Source of the DNA: Reclinomonas americana ATCC 50394
Taxonomy: Eukaryota
Assembly (NCBI GenBank): GCA_048213135.1
Contig: PS015010.1
Location: 310,001 to 374,000, forward strand
Direction of reading: 5' to 3'
Length of the DNA stretch: 64,000 nucleotides
The notes beneath the pieces were generated by a model. That model did not search any database. It was not told the DNA's origin and saw nothing but the letters and a program-made list of their open reading frames with translations. Numbering within the stretch: the stretch's first letter is position 1; each line of letters opens with the position of its first letter. Of the stretch, positions 50,080 to 59,798 are shown piece by piece. The translations under genes and the position numbers were made by a program.

Positions 50080-51189
50080 ATGCAAAGATACAGCCAGGTA
50101 AGGGCCATGCTGGCCATCACCAAAGCCAGCCTCAGGGCCATTTTCCGCAGTCCTTCCGCAGTCGTTTTCAGTTTTGTGTTTCCGTTCATTTTTATCCTGG
50201 TATTCGGCTTTATCGGCAACAGCGGAGGAATACCTACTTACCGCGTGGTCATCGATCCGGCAAGCGATACCATCAATCCTTTATTCAAAGCCATCTCCGC
50301 CAATAAACAATTGCGTATCGTTACTTATCCCGATACAGCCGAATTGCGCTCGGCACAGGTGAAGGGCAGGGTAGCCGCGGTGATCACCATCAGCAAAACA
50401 GGACAGCCTTCACCGGCCTATACTTACCGCATCAAAAGCACCAATGCCAGCGATGATAAATGGCCGCAGGTAAAAGCCATACTCAATACCATCAACAACA
50501 AACTCAGCGATACCATCTTCAGCAACCGCCCGGTACTGGCGAAGGAAGATGCCAGGGAAGGCGATATTGAAGTGGTGCGGGAATATAAAACGATCGATTT
50601 CATATTACCCGGTCAGCTGGGTTTCTCACTGCTGAGTTCCGGCGTGTTTGGTGTAGCCTTCATGTTCTTTAATCTGAGGAATACACTGGTGCTGAAACGC
50701 TTTTTCGCCACACCCATCAGCCGTTCTTATATCGTTATGGGAGAAGGCCTCAGCCGGGTGATCTTTCAAATGGTAACAGCGATTGTGATCATACTGGTAG
50801 GACATTTTCTTTTCGATTTCACACTGGTAAAAGGAGTGGAGACCTTTCTTGAAATGCTGGTTCTGAGTTTTATCGGCCTGATGATATTCATGGGATTTGG
50901 TTTCATCGTAAGCGGACTGGCGAAGAATGACAGTACCATTCCGCCTTTTGCCAACCTCATCACTTTACCGCAATTCCTGCTGGGTGGTACTTTCTTTTCG
51001 ATAGATGTATTTCCTAAATGGCTGCAACCCATTTCCAGGGCGCTGCCGCTGACGCATCTCAACACCGCCATGCGCAGTGTGGCATTTGAAGGGCAGAACC
51101 TCTGGCAGGTGCGCAACGAGATAGGCATCCTGCTGCTGTGGGGCGTAGTGGTATATTTTGTGGCGATCCGCGTATTTAAATGGGAATAA
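50080..51189 (+). CDS. ABC-2 type transporter permease
   Basis: FILPG, LKRF..TP and LGGTFF..PKWLQ motifs. Confidence 0.92.
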   Translation: MQRYSQVRAMLAITKASLRAIFRSPSAVVFSFVFPFIFILVFGFIGNSGGIPTYRVVIDPASDTINPLFKAISANKQLRIVTYPDTAELRSAQVKGRVAAVITISKTGQPSPAYTYRIKSTNASDDKWPQVKAILNTINNKLSDTIFSNRPVLAKEDAREGDIEVVREYKTIDFILPGQLGFSLLSSGVFGVAFMFFNLRNTLVLKRFFATPISRSYIVMGEGLSRVIFQMVTAIVIILVGHFLFDFTLVKGVETFLEMLVLSFIGLMIFMGFGFIVSGLAKNDSTIPPFANLITLPQFLLGGTFFSIDVFPKWLQPISRALPLTHLNTAMRSVAFEGQNLWQVRNEIGILLLWGVVVYFVAIRVFKWE

Positions 51190-51191
51190 TT

Positions 51192-51701
51192 ATGAAACTG
51201 GTCAAACTGGCGCTCATCAGCTTTCTTTTCTTTTTTGTCCTGTTCACTTTGATCGGGCTGCTGTTCCCGTCACATATACGTGTGGCTAATTCCATTGTGG
51301 TGAACAAAGACCGGGAAACGGTGAAACGTGCGCTGCAACTGAATTCCGGCTGGTCGGGATGGCACCCCGCTTTACAGGATGGCCAACTGCTGAATGCGGA
51401 TAAGGGCAAAGCGGTGATTGAATCGGGAGGAAGGGAACTGTATATCTACGACAGGCAGACCGACAGCAACAGTGTTTCTTTTTTACAGGAAAGCGGCGGG
51501 TCGGTAACCGAAACGAAGATCATGCTGCTGCCCGTAAATGCGGCTTCACAAACACAGGTGGTATGGCATGAAACACAAAAACTGAAATGGTATCCCTGGG
51601 ACAGGTTCAAAGGCCTCGTTCTTGAAAAAGCGAAGAAGAATTACCTCGATACGGTACTCCATCGTTTCAAAAATTATATGGATACTGCGAACATCCGTTA
51701 A
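51192..51701 (+). CDS. SRPBCC-like membrane-anchored protein
   Basis: N-terminal TM, PSHIRV, W..W and KWYPW. Confidence 0.6.
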   Translation: MKLVKLALISFLFFFVLFTLIGLLFPSHIRVANSIVVNKDRETVKRALQLNSGWSGWHPALQDGQLLNADKGKAVIESGGRELYIYDRQTDSNSVSFLQESGGSVTETKIMLLPVNAASQTQVVWHETQKLKWYPWDRFKGLVLEKAKKNYLDTVLHRFKNYMDTANIR

Positions 51702-52882
51702 GCCGGAAAACTGATCTTTCCCATAGCAACTCCCCGTTCGCCCCATATGGCAGGATCGCCTGCCACACATTCATTCGCCAGTAGGGCAAACAATACCGCT
51801 TCTTTGGCATCGGGCAGAATACCCAAAGCTTCCGTGGTTTGAAAATCAACGGCAGGAAGGGCTGTACGGAGGTGCTGCATCAGCAAAGGGTTGTGCATAC
51901 CACCGCCGCTGGTGAAAATATGTGTGGCGGCGGAAGCGCCGGCATGAGAACGGATGGCGGCAACAATGGTGTCGGCTGTAAAACGGTTCAGTGTGGCCAT
52001 TACATCTTCCTCACTCAAATACATGGCGCCGGATAAATGGCGGGCCCTTTCCAGGTAAATAAGGTTGAACAGTTCCGGCCCGGTGGTTTTGGGCAACGGG
52101 GCGGAGAAGAAAGGATTATCTTTCAGAACAGCCAGTAAATTTTCGTCTATGCTTCCCTGTGAGGCGGTAGCCGCATCGCGGTCGAAATGATTGCCGGTTG
52201 CTTGCTGCATGAAAGCGTCCATGAGTGTATTGCCCGGGCCGGTATCGGTACTGATGATCTTCGTATGATCAGTATGGCCGGGCAGGAAAGTAAAATTGGC
52301 GATACCACCGATGTTGAGCAGTATCCTGTCTTCACCGGGTTGGCTGAACAACAGCCGGTCGCCGTACAGAGCCAGTGGTGCGCCTTCGCCACCGGCGGCA
52401 ATATGTTTCTGCCTGAAATCGCTGATGGTGATGATGCCGGTGTGAACGGCCAGGTGGTCTCCGTCGCCCAGTTGCAGTGTGGCATTGCCGTATTCAGACC
52501 GCTTGTGCATCCATTGTGGCGCATGGTAGATCGTTTGACCATGACTGGCAATAAGATCAATACTGGCAGCGGCAATATCAGCCCGTTGCAAGGTGTCATT
52601 AATAAAGCGGGCATGCTGGACCGCGATCCACGGGTGCAGCACACAGAGTTGTTCGAGCGATACCTGTTGCTGCGCAAAAACGGTCTTTACATTTTTCCTG
52701 AAACCATCATCATACGCCACCGTTTCAAAATATTCCAGCTTCACCTGCGTGGAGAGTCCGTAGCCTGAAATACGGCAAACGGCAATATCCAGCCCGTCGA
52801 GTGATGTACCGCTCATCAGGCCAATGATGCGTCTCTCTTCCTTCCTGGCAATATCGTAAAGTTGTTGTACCTGCCTGTTCAT
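51698..52882 (-). CDS. anmK: Anhydro-N-acetylmuramic acid kinase
   Basis: GLMSGTSLDG, SHGQT, LNIGGIAN, DTGPGN and PKTTG.E motifs. Confidence 0.96.
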   Translation of the reverse strand: MNRQVQQLYDIARKEERRIIGLMSGTSLDGLDIAVCRISGYGLSTQVKLEYFETVAYDDGFRKNVKTVFAQQQVSLEQLCVLHPWIAVQHARFINDTLQRADIAAASIDLIASHGQTIYHAPQWMHKRSEYGNATLQLGDGDHLAVHTGIITISDFRQKHIAAGGEGAPLALYGDRLLFSQPGEDRILLNIGGIANFTFLPGHTDHTKIISTDTGPGNTLMDAFMQQATGNHFDRDAATASQGSIDENLLAVLKDNPFFSAPLPKTTGPELFNLIYLERARHLSGAMYLSEEDVMATLNRFTADTIVAAIRSHAGASAATHIFTSGGGMHNPLLMQHLRTALPAVDFQTTEALGILPDAKEAVLFALLANECVAGDPAIWGERGVAMGKISFPA

Positions 52883-53811
52883 GGTTGCTGTATAAAATGA
52901 AGATTGCGTTTAATGCCGGAAAACTTGCTCCGCTTGATGGGTGAATCTTTAAATATTGTTTTGAATGTCTCTTCTGTCAGTTCTTCCCAGTCGTTCTTCG
53001 AAAAATTCAATATTTCGGGGATAGGGGTGAAGGCGGACTCTTTACTGGCCGTGGCAAAGCGGTTCCAGGGACATACATCCTGGCATACGTCGCAGCCAAA
53101 CATCCAGTCGTCAAAACGGCCCTGCACAGCACCGGGTATGAGTGCGTCTTTCAGTTCAATGGTGAAATAGGAAATACATTTACTGCCGTCGATCACTTTA
53201 TTATCGAGGATGGCGTCGGTCGGACAGGCATCGATACATTTCGTACAGGTGCCGCAATAGTCTTTCGCGATGCTATCATCGTATTCCAGTTCTGCGTCAA
53301 TGATCAGCGTGGCGATAAAGAAAAAGGAACCTGTACCTTTATTGATGAGGTTGCCATTCTTGCCTATCCAGCCCAACCCGGCCCTTTTGGCCCAGCTTCG
53401 TTCCAGTACGGGAGCACTGTCTACAAATCCACGGCCATTCACTTCTCCGATCAGCGAACGCAGTTGCTGAAGAAAGACATTCAGCTTGGCCCTGATCACT
53501 TCGTGGTAGTCTTTACCATAAGCGTATTTGGCGATCCGTGGCGCCGCGGCGGCCTGTTCATTTTCCGGGAAATAATTCAGCAGCAGGGTGATCACCGACC
53601 GGGCGCCGGGCACCAGTTTGGAAGGATCTATTCTCAGGTCAAAATGATTTTCCATGTATTGCATACTGCCGTGCATACCCTTGCTGAGCCATTGTTCCAG
53701 GCGGCGGGCATCGTCATCCAGCGGCTGCGCTTTGGCAATGCCGCAGAAATCAAACCCCAGCCGGGCAGCTTCTTCTTTTACGATACGTGTATGTTGCGAT
53801 GCAGGATTCAT
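52879..53811 (-). CDS. queG: Epoxyqueuosine reductase
   Basis: YAYG.DYH, VDSAP, CGTCTKCIDACPT, CISY and GCDVCQDVCPWN motifs; ATG at 53811. Confidence 0.96.
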   Translation of the reverse strand: MNPASQHTRIVKEEAARLGFDFCGIAKAQPLDDDARRLEQWLSKGMHGSMQYMENHFDLRIDPSKLVPGARSVITLLLNYFPENEQAAAAPRIAKYAYGKDYHEVIRAKLNVFLQQLRSLIGEVNGRGFVDSAPVLERSWAKRAGLGWIGKNGNLINKGTGSFFFIATLIIDAELEYDDSIAKDYCGTCTKCIDACPTDAILDNKVIDGSKCISYFTIELKDALIPGAVQGRFDDWMFGCDVCQDVCPWNRFATASKESAFTPIPEILNFSKNDWEELTEETFKTIFKDSPIKRSKFSGIKRNLHFIQQP

Positions 53812-54167
53812 GAATCGGTGTCGCTGTCCTGCAGGTGCAGGCGATGGAAAAAACGGTGGGCGATCGGTGCTATGATAAGGCCGATACAACCGATGAAAGT
53901 AATGCCACTGAACAACGCATAAACCGAGGCAAACACTTTGGCGGTATTGGTGAGCTGTATGGACGGGTCAATCATAGGCCCCATACCGCTGAGGATCATG
54001 GAGGCATTCAGCAGGCTGTCGTACCAGTCCAGTTGGGGAATGGTCCATTTGTACCCGAGTACACCAATGCCCAGGCTGATGCCGATGAACAGGGCGGCAT
54101 AGGAAACATTTTTCAGCACCCTGGCCTGGTAAACTTTCTTCGGAGCGAGTTTAGGGCGTTTGGACAT
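53808..54167 (-). CDS. Small 2-TM protein resembling a K+-channel pore module
   Basis: TM, pore-helix-like WYDSLLNASMILSGMGP, then a second TM; ATGA overlap with the queG start. Confidence 0.7.
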   Translation of the reverse strand: MSKRPKLAPKKVYQARVLKNVSYAALFIGISLGIGVLGYKWTIPQLDWYDSLLNASMILSGMGPMIDPSIQLTNTAKVFASVYALFSGITFIGCIGLIIAPIAHRFFHRLHLQDSDTDS

Positions 54168-54213
54168 ACTTTTTCTTTCTATAAAAGTACGGTAAATAGC
54201 AGGGAAAGCGTCT

Positions 54214-54321
54214 GAATGGCGGATATGCAAATGTGAAGATGTTTGAATATGCAGATGTGCGAATAGGTAAATGCACCCATTATCTCATTCGCATATTTGC
54301 ACATCTGCACATTCGCACATC
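54214..54321. repeat. Inverted octamer (ATGTGCRR-like) repeat pair
   Basis: About six octamers at 54214-54264 and four inverted octamers at 54287-54321. Confidence 0.85.
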
Positions 54322-55126
54322 AAAACTTAATATCATACCCCAGCGTTCCTATCAGTTCAACATAACCGAAGGAATGGTTCACCCTGCCATTGCCGGCCGC
54401 GAGGGAGTTGGTGTAATTGGCGAAACCGGTCTTGGCAGTGCCTTCCAGGAATATCCTCTTGGCAAAATACCAGCGTGCGCCGCCTTCGAGACCGAGGCAG
54501 TAACCGGCCACATGAAAACGGTTGTCGACCCGTTTGCCGCTCAGTGTAATATCGGTTTTAGGGATCAGTATACCGGCGCCGGCCTTCCATACGGCGGTAA
54601 GCACAGGCCTTTTGTGATTGCGGTTGTAGGCCAGGGTATGTTGCTGTACATAGTTCAGCTGGTAAAAGTTGGCGCCGTTGGTATGCTCAAAATGCATTTC
54701 ATCACGGGTGAAGGCGGTGTCTTTATCAAAATAATCACTGCCGATATGACCTTTGGCCCTTAATGTCTGGTTGTCGTATACAATGTATTTGCTGTGATCG
54801 TAGTTGATCTCAATGGCGCGGGTGTGTTTCTCATTAAGATAAAAACCAATGCGGTAGTTATATTGGGGAACACTGACCTGCAGCGGCTCTTTCAGGATGG
54901 CATCCATATCGTTGCGGTCGTGCGCCCTGGCCTTGTAGATCTTGAAATTATGCTCGATGCCGTTCACCGTACTGCGGAAATGGATATTGCTGCGGGTGTA
55001 CCATTCCGTATTATACCCCCATTGCAGGTACATACCATTCAGGAGTTTACTTTTTTTCGGGGATTTTTGGGCAAAAGAGGTAAGTGACATCAGCGTCAAT
55101 CCGCCCAACACAAGTGATCTTTTCAT
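54320..55126 (-). CDS. Putative outer-membrane beta-barrel protein
   Basis: Signal peptide, WGYN, PQYNYRIG, FEHTNG and terminal Phe. Confidence 0.75.
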   Translation of the reverse strand: MKRSLVLGGLTLMSLTSFAQKSPKKSKLLNGMYLQWGYNTEWYTRSNIHFRSTVNGIEHNFKIYKARAHDRNDMDAILKEPLQVSVPQYNYRIGFYLNEKHTRAIEINYDHSKYIVYDNQTLRAKGHIGSDYFDKDTAFTRDEMHFEHTNGANFYQLNYVQQHTLAYNRNHKRPVLTAVWKAGAGILIPKTDITLSGKRVDNRFHVAGYCLGLEGGARWYFAKRIFLEGTAKTGFANYTNSLAAGNGRVNHSFGYVELIGTLGYDIKF

Positions 55127-55355
55127 AATATGTGGCTGGTTTCCAGCTTCTTCCAAAAGGGGAAACCTGCGCAAAAGTACCATAAAAACTTATTCGTTAC
55201 CGTTAGGGGTGGCTGAAATTGAGAAATGGTTGCTACAAATGACAAAATACCCTTATTTTTCGGCCGACTGCAACATTTGCATAAACTTAACGCCCGTACT
55301 GCATTTGCGGCAGTTTTGGGTGCTATAGAGTGCCATTATAGCGCCATAAAGGGTT

Positions 55356-55371
55356 TGGAGTGCGATTTGCT
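55356..55371 (+). promoter_or_regulatory. Possible sigma-54-type (-24/-12) promoter of clpB
   Basis: TGGAGTGCGATTTGCT fits GG-N10-GC, 24 nt before the ATG. Confidence 0.45.
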
Positions 55372-55395
55372 GGTTACGGGGAAAAAAATAACAGC

Positions 55396-58014
55396 ATGAG
55401 TATACAAAACCTCACCATAAAATCCCAGGAGGTATTACAACAGGCTCAGCAACTGGCATACAATGCCGGGAACAGTTTTATTGAAACCGAGCATATCCTT
55501 AAGGCTTTGCTCGATGATAAGGACTCGCCTGTTGAATTCCTGCTGAAAAAGAACAATATCAACGTTAATTACCTGGAAGATAAGCTGGACGAATCCATTA
55601 CCCGCTTACCCAAAGTATCGGGGGGTGAACCGGCCCAGTCGCTGAACCGGGATGCCAATAATGTGCTCCTGCGTTCCGGCGCCACCTTAAAGACCTTCAA
55701 TGACGAGTTTGTAAGCGTGGAACACCTGTTACTGGCCATTTTGCAGGGCAGCGACAATGCCGCCAAACTGCTGAAAGATGCCGGTCTGACCGAAAAAGGG
55801 CTTATCGCTGCCATTAAGGACCTGCGCAAAGGCTCTACCGTATCTTCCCAGACATCAGAAACGCAGTTCAATGCGCTGAACAAGTATGCCAAAAACCTCA
55901 ACGAACTGGCCCGCCTGGGCAAACTTGACCCGGTGATAGGCAGGGACGAAGAGATCAGGCGTACGCTGCACATCCTCTCCCGCAGGAGCAAGAACAACCC
56001 TATACTGGTGGGCGAGCCCGGCGTGGGTAAAACGGCCATCGCCGAAGGGCTGGCCATGCGCATCCTCAACGGGGACGTGCCCGACAACCTGAAATCGAAA
56101 GTGATCTATGCCCTGGATATGGGCCAGCTGATCGCAGGTGCCAAATACAAGGGCGAATTTGAAGAAAGGCTGAAATCGGTAGTAAAAGAAGTGACCGGCA
56201 GTGAAGGGGAGCTGATCCTCTTTATTGATGAAATACATACCCTGGTAGGGGCGGGTGGCGGCGACGGGGCCATGGACGCGGCCAATATCCTGAAACCCGC
56301 GCTGGCAAGAGGTGAGCTGAGGGCCATTGGCGCCACCACGCTCAACGAATACCAGAAATTTTTTGAAAAGGACAAAGCACTCGAACGCCGATTCCAGAAA
56401 GTGATGATCGATGAACCTTCCATGGACGACGCGGTATCCATCCTGAGGGGGTTGAAAGACCGCTATGAAACCTATCACCACGTCCGTATTAAGGATGAGG
56501 CGATCATAGCTGCGGTGGAATTGTCGAGCCGGTATATTACCGACCGTTTCCTGCCCGATAAGGCCATTGACCTGATCGACGAGAGCGCCGCCAAACTGAG
56601 GCTGGAAATGAACAGCATGCCCGAAGAACTGGACGAACTGGAACGCAGGATCAGGCAGCTGGAAATTGAACGGGAAGCTATTAAACGGGAGAATGACGAA
56701 GCAAAACTGAAACAACTCAATACAGATATTTCCAATCTTGCCGTGGAAAGAGATACCTTTAAAGCCAAGTGGCAACAGGAAAAAGAAGTAGTGGAAAAAG
56801 TGCAGAATGCCAAAGCGGAGATCGAAAACCTGAAACTGGCGGCTGAAAAAGCTGAAAGGGAAGGGGACTACGGAAAAGTGGCGGAGATCCGTTATGGTAA
56901 GATACAGGAGCAGGAAAAGATCATTGAAACCTATTCCAAAGAACTGAACGAGATCAGTGAAAAGAGATTGCTGAAAGAAGAAGTGGATGCGGAAGATATC
57001 GCTGAAAATGTAGCCCGCGCTACCGGTATTCCCGTAGCGAAGATGCTGCAGAGCGAAAAGGAAAAACTGCTGAACCTGGAAGAAGAGCTGCACAAACGTG
57101 TGGTTGGACAGGATGAAGCTATTGAAGCCGTATCCGATGCCATCAGGCGCAGCCGTGCAGGTTTGCAGGATCCCAAACGCCCGATAGGCTCTTTCATTTT
57201 CCTGGGTACAACCGGCGTAGGTAAAACGGAACTGGCCAAAGCGCTGGCCGATTACCTGTTCGACGACGACAGTATGATGACCCGTATCGATATGAGTGAA
57301 TACCAGGAGAAACACGCGGTGAGCCGCCTGGTGGGTGCACCTCCCGGTTATGTGGGATATGATGAAGGCGGGCAGCTGACCGAAGCGGTAAGGCGCAAAC
57401 CCTACAGTGTGGTATTACTTGATGAGATTGAAAAAGCGCATCCTGATGTATTCAACGTGTTGCTGCAAGTGCTCGATGACGGCCGGCTGACCGACAATAA
57501 AGGAAGATTGGTCAATTTCAAGAACACCATCATCATCATGACGAGCAACCTCGGCAGCCAGGTGATACAGGATAATTTTGAAGGTGTAACGGAACGCAAT
57601 AAGGAAGAAGTGGTGGAAAGGACCAAACAGGAAGTGATCAATTTATTGCGGCAGACCATTCGTCCTGAGTTCCTGAACCGGATCGATGAAGTGATCATGT
57701 TCCAGCCGCTCATGAAGAGCGAGATCAGGGGTATCATCCGCATACAGCTGGAAAAACTGGTAGAGATGGTAGCGGCAAGCGGTATCAACCTCCAGTTCAG
57801 CGATTACGCGATGGACTACCTGGCTGAGAATGGCTACGATCCGCAGTTTGGCGCCAGGCCGTTGAAAAGGCTCATTCAGAAAGAGATCGTGAACCAGCTC
57901 AGTAAAAAAATACTGGGCGGTGATATCGATAAGTCCAAACCAGTGCTGGTAGATGTGTTTGACAGCACGGTGGTATTCAGGAATGAGAACGCGGAAAATG
58001 TAAAAGCGAAATAA
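55396..58014 (+). CDS. clpB: ATP-dependent disaggregase ClpB
   Basis: Two AAA modules (GEPGVGKT, GTTGVGKT), a long coiled-coil M domain and GAPPGYVGY. Confidence 0.98.
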   Translation: MSIQNLTIKSQEVLQQAQQLAYNAGNSFIETEHILKALLDDKDSPVEFLLKKNNINVNYLEDKLDESITRLPKVSGGEPAQSLNRDANNVLLRSGATLKTFNDEFVSVEHLLLAILQGSDNAAKLLKDAGLTEKGLIAAIKDLRKGSTVSSQTSETQFNALNKYAKNLNELARLGKLDPVIGRDEEIRRTLHILSRRSKNNPILVGEPGVGKTAIAEGLAMRILNGDVPDNLKSKVIYALDMGQLIAGAKYKGEFEERLKSVVKEVTGSEGELILFIDEIHTLVGAGGGDGAMDAANILKPALARGELRAIGATTLNEYQKFFEKDKALERRFQKVMIDEPSMDDAVSILRGLKDRYETYHHVRIKDEAIIAAVELSSRYITDRFLPDKAIDLIDESAAKLRLEMNSMPEELDELERRIRQLEIEREAIKRENDEAKLKQLNTDISNLAVERDTFKAKWQQEKEVVEKVQNAKAEIENLKLAAEKAEREGDYGKVAEIRYGKIQEQEKIIETYSKELNEISEKRLLKEEVDAEDIAENVARATGIPVAKMLQSEKEKLLNLEEELHKRVVGQDEAIEAVSDAIRRSRAGLQDPKRPIGSFIFLGTTGVGKTELAKALADYLFDDDSMMTRIDMSEYQEKHAVSRLVGAPPGYVGYDEGGQLTEAVRRKPYSVVLLDEIEKAHPDVFNVLLQVLDDGRLTDNKGRLVNFKNTIIIMTSNLGSQVIQDNFEGVTERNKEEVVERTKQEVINLLRQTIRPEFLNRIDEVIMFQPLMKSEIRGIIRIQLEKLVEMVAASGINLQFSDYAMDYLAENGYDPQFGARPLKRLIQKEIVNQLSKKILGGDIDKSKPVLVDVFDSTVVFRNENAENVKAK

Positions 58015-58024
58015 TAACCAATAA

Positions 58025-58049
58025 TCAACCGGGTGATGCACCCGGTTGA
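58025..58049 (+). other. 11-bp stem hairpin after clpB (no clear U-tract)
   Basis: TCAACCGGGTG-ATG-CACCCGGTTGA. Confidence 0.7.
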
Positions 58050-58094
58050 ATTCATAACCACAGTTGTCTGTACAACTGGTAAACTGTAAGTATT

Positions 58095-58664
58095 ATGGCA
58101 ATGAGATCAAAAGAGGTGGTAGAGGTAATAGCTCCCAAAGATGTATTCGTGGGTAGTAAAGACGCGACGGTAACTTTGATGGAATTCGGTGAGTATGAAA
58201 ATGAGGACTGTGCGAAAGCCAATGAAGTAGTAAAAAAATTGCTGGAGGAATTTGACGGCAAGATAAAATTCCAGTTCCGTCATTTCCCGCTTACTAAAGT
58301 ACACCAGCGTTCTATGAAGGCCGCTGAGTCTGCTATCGCGGCAGCACAATCCGGTAAGTTCTGGGAAATGCATAACATCCTTTTCGATAACCGCAGGTCG
58401 CTGGGCACTACCAGCCTGAAACTGTATTCCAAGGAAGCCGGTGTGGCGAATAAACATTTCCTGGATGACCTTATTAACTCTACCTATGGCTGGCAGGTGG
58501 TGAACGATTTCCAGGAAGGTGTGGACAGGGGCGTAAAAGACATCCCGGCATTTTTTGTAAACGGAGAACTCATCAGCGGAAAACCTACATTCGAAAATCT
58601 GAAAAGTGGTATTGCCGCCGCGCTGAAAAAGACGAAGAAGAAGCCTGCTGCGCAGAGAGCGTAA
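58095..58664 (+). CDS. DsbA/thioredoxin-fold protein with degenerate active site
   Basis: EFGEYENEDC, FRHFPL..H, GKFWEMH and GV..IPAFFVNG motifs. Confidence 0.88.
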   Translation: MAMRSKEVVEVIAPKDVFVGSKDATVTLMEFGEYENEDCAKANEVVKKLLEEFDGKIKFQFRHFPLTKVHQRSMKAAESAIAAAQSGKFWEMHNILFDNRRSLGTTSLKLYSKEAGVANKHFLDDLINSTYGWQVVNDFQEGVDRGVKDIPAFFVNGELISGKPTFENLKSGIAAALKKTKKKPAAQRA

Positions 58665-58667
58665 ATC

Positions 58668-58788
58668 AATTACGAATTACTAATTACGAATGATCAATCA
58701 TTGAAATCTAACTGACTTTTAATTATTATTTATGTCTGTTAGAAAAGAGCTGTGAATTAAAGGCATTCGTAATTGGTAATTCGTAATT
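58668..58788. repeat. Inverted heptamer (AATTACG)n repeat pair
   Basis: 58668-58692 vs 58764-58788 match 24/25 as an inverted repeat. Confidence 0.9.
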
Positions 58789-58794
58789 AATAAA

Positions 58795-59757
58795 TTAATC
58801 CGCTTCCACCCTGTACACCGCCAGCGGTTTGTCATTCACAATAATCGTAACAGGATAATCACCTGCCTGTTCAAATTTCTGTTTGATGGAAAGATTGCCG
58901 TAGGTAAACGTATACGTTGCTTCAACTGTTTTTGTTCGCTTGCTCTGGCCGTAAATGATCGTTACTTTATTCACTTCTATATCGGGGTTCAGGCTGAAAG
59001 TAAAAGTCACCGTTCCGCCTTCCGTTGTTTTTACGCGACCGTTCTTCGGGGTAAATTGTTTCAGTCCCAGGTCGTACGAGGCTCCTTTCAGAATAGGCAG
59101 GTCATAAAAGTCTCCTTTATTTTTTGGTGCGCCGGGTCCCAGTTTCCAGGCCTCATTATCCGGGTAATGCTGCCAGTTGAATAAAGTTTTATTGGCGAAA
59201 AAATAACCGGCATTGAACTGCGGCGTAAACACTTTCTGATCATCATCCACGTACCCGCTGCCCCAGGCGGGGTCCACGTAATACCAGGTATCCGGGCTTT
59301 GTCCCAATTGCACCACCGCCCAGGAATGATTGATCTCCGTTCCTTTTTCTCCTATCTCTTCTGCTTTATGTCTTACAAACCCATCTGCTGTAAGACAACG
59401 GATATCGGCACTGCTGCACATGTCCTGGAAAAGACTGGCAAACCCGATACCTACAGCTTTGCGGTAAAGCAATACTTCTGTTGGTGTATTCTTGCGGGTA
59501 TCGCTGGTACGGGCAGCTTTTACATCGTATGCAATGTTGTGGGTGATCCAGTAATAAATGGCCCTTGCTTTATCAATTTTATCTGAATAGGGTTTGGTCA
59601 CCAGCTTGCTGATGGTGCCCATATTCATACTGTCGAGTTTCCCCAGTTTCTGTACATAGGCATCTATTTCGCTGAAGTCGCGGGCCGCCGGGTTCTGTGC
59701 ATGAGTCGCCACAACAGGCAATAACAGGGAAAGGAGGATAGACAGGTGTTTGATCAT
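58795..59757 (-). CDS. Secreted transglutaminase-like domain protein
   Basis: KARAIYYWITHNIAYD, HSW and VDPAWGSG motifs. Confidence 0.85.
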   Translation of the reverse strand: MIKHLSILLSLLLPVVATHAQNPAARDFSEIDAYVQKLGKLDSMNMGTISKLVTKPYSDKIDKARAIYYWITHNIAYDVKAARTSDTRKNTPTEVLLYRKAVGIGFASLFQDMCSSADIRCLTADGFVRHKAEEIGEKGTEINHSWAVVQLGQSPDTWYYVDPAWGSGYVDDDQKVFTPQFNAGYFFANKTLFNWQHYPDNEAWKLGPGAPKNKGDFYDLPILKGASYDLGLKQFTPKNGRVKTTEGGTVTFTFSLNPDIEVNKVTIIYGQSKRTKTVEATYTFTYGNLSIKQKFEQAGDYPVTIIVNDKPLAVYRVEAD

Positions 59758-59798
59758 GAGATAAAATTAACGGCTAGCCGCCGAAAAAATCACAAGTT

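Noticed and set aside
55310-55336. CIRCE element before clpB
   Set aside because: Only a right-half-like GAGTGCCAT is present; the TTAGCACTC left half is missing.
55855-57315. 486-aa antisense ORF inside clpB, and similar antisense ORFs inside mntH, lpxB and gcvP
   Set aside because: Shadow ORFs arising from the codon bias of the real gene; no recognisable motifs.
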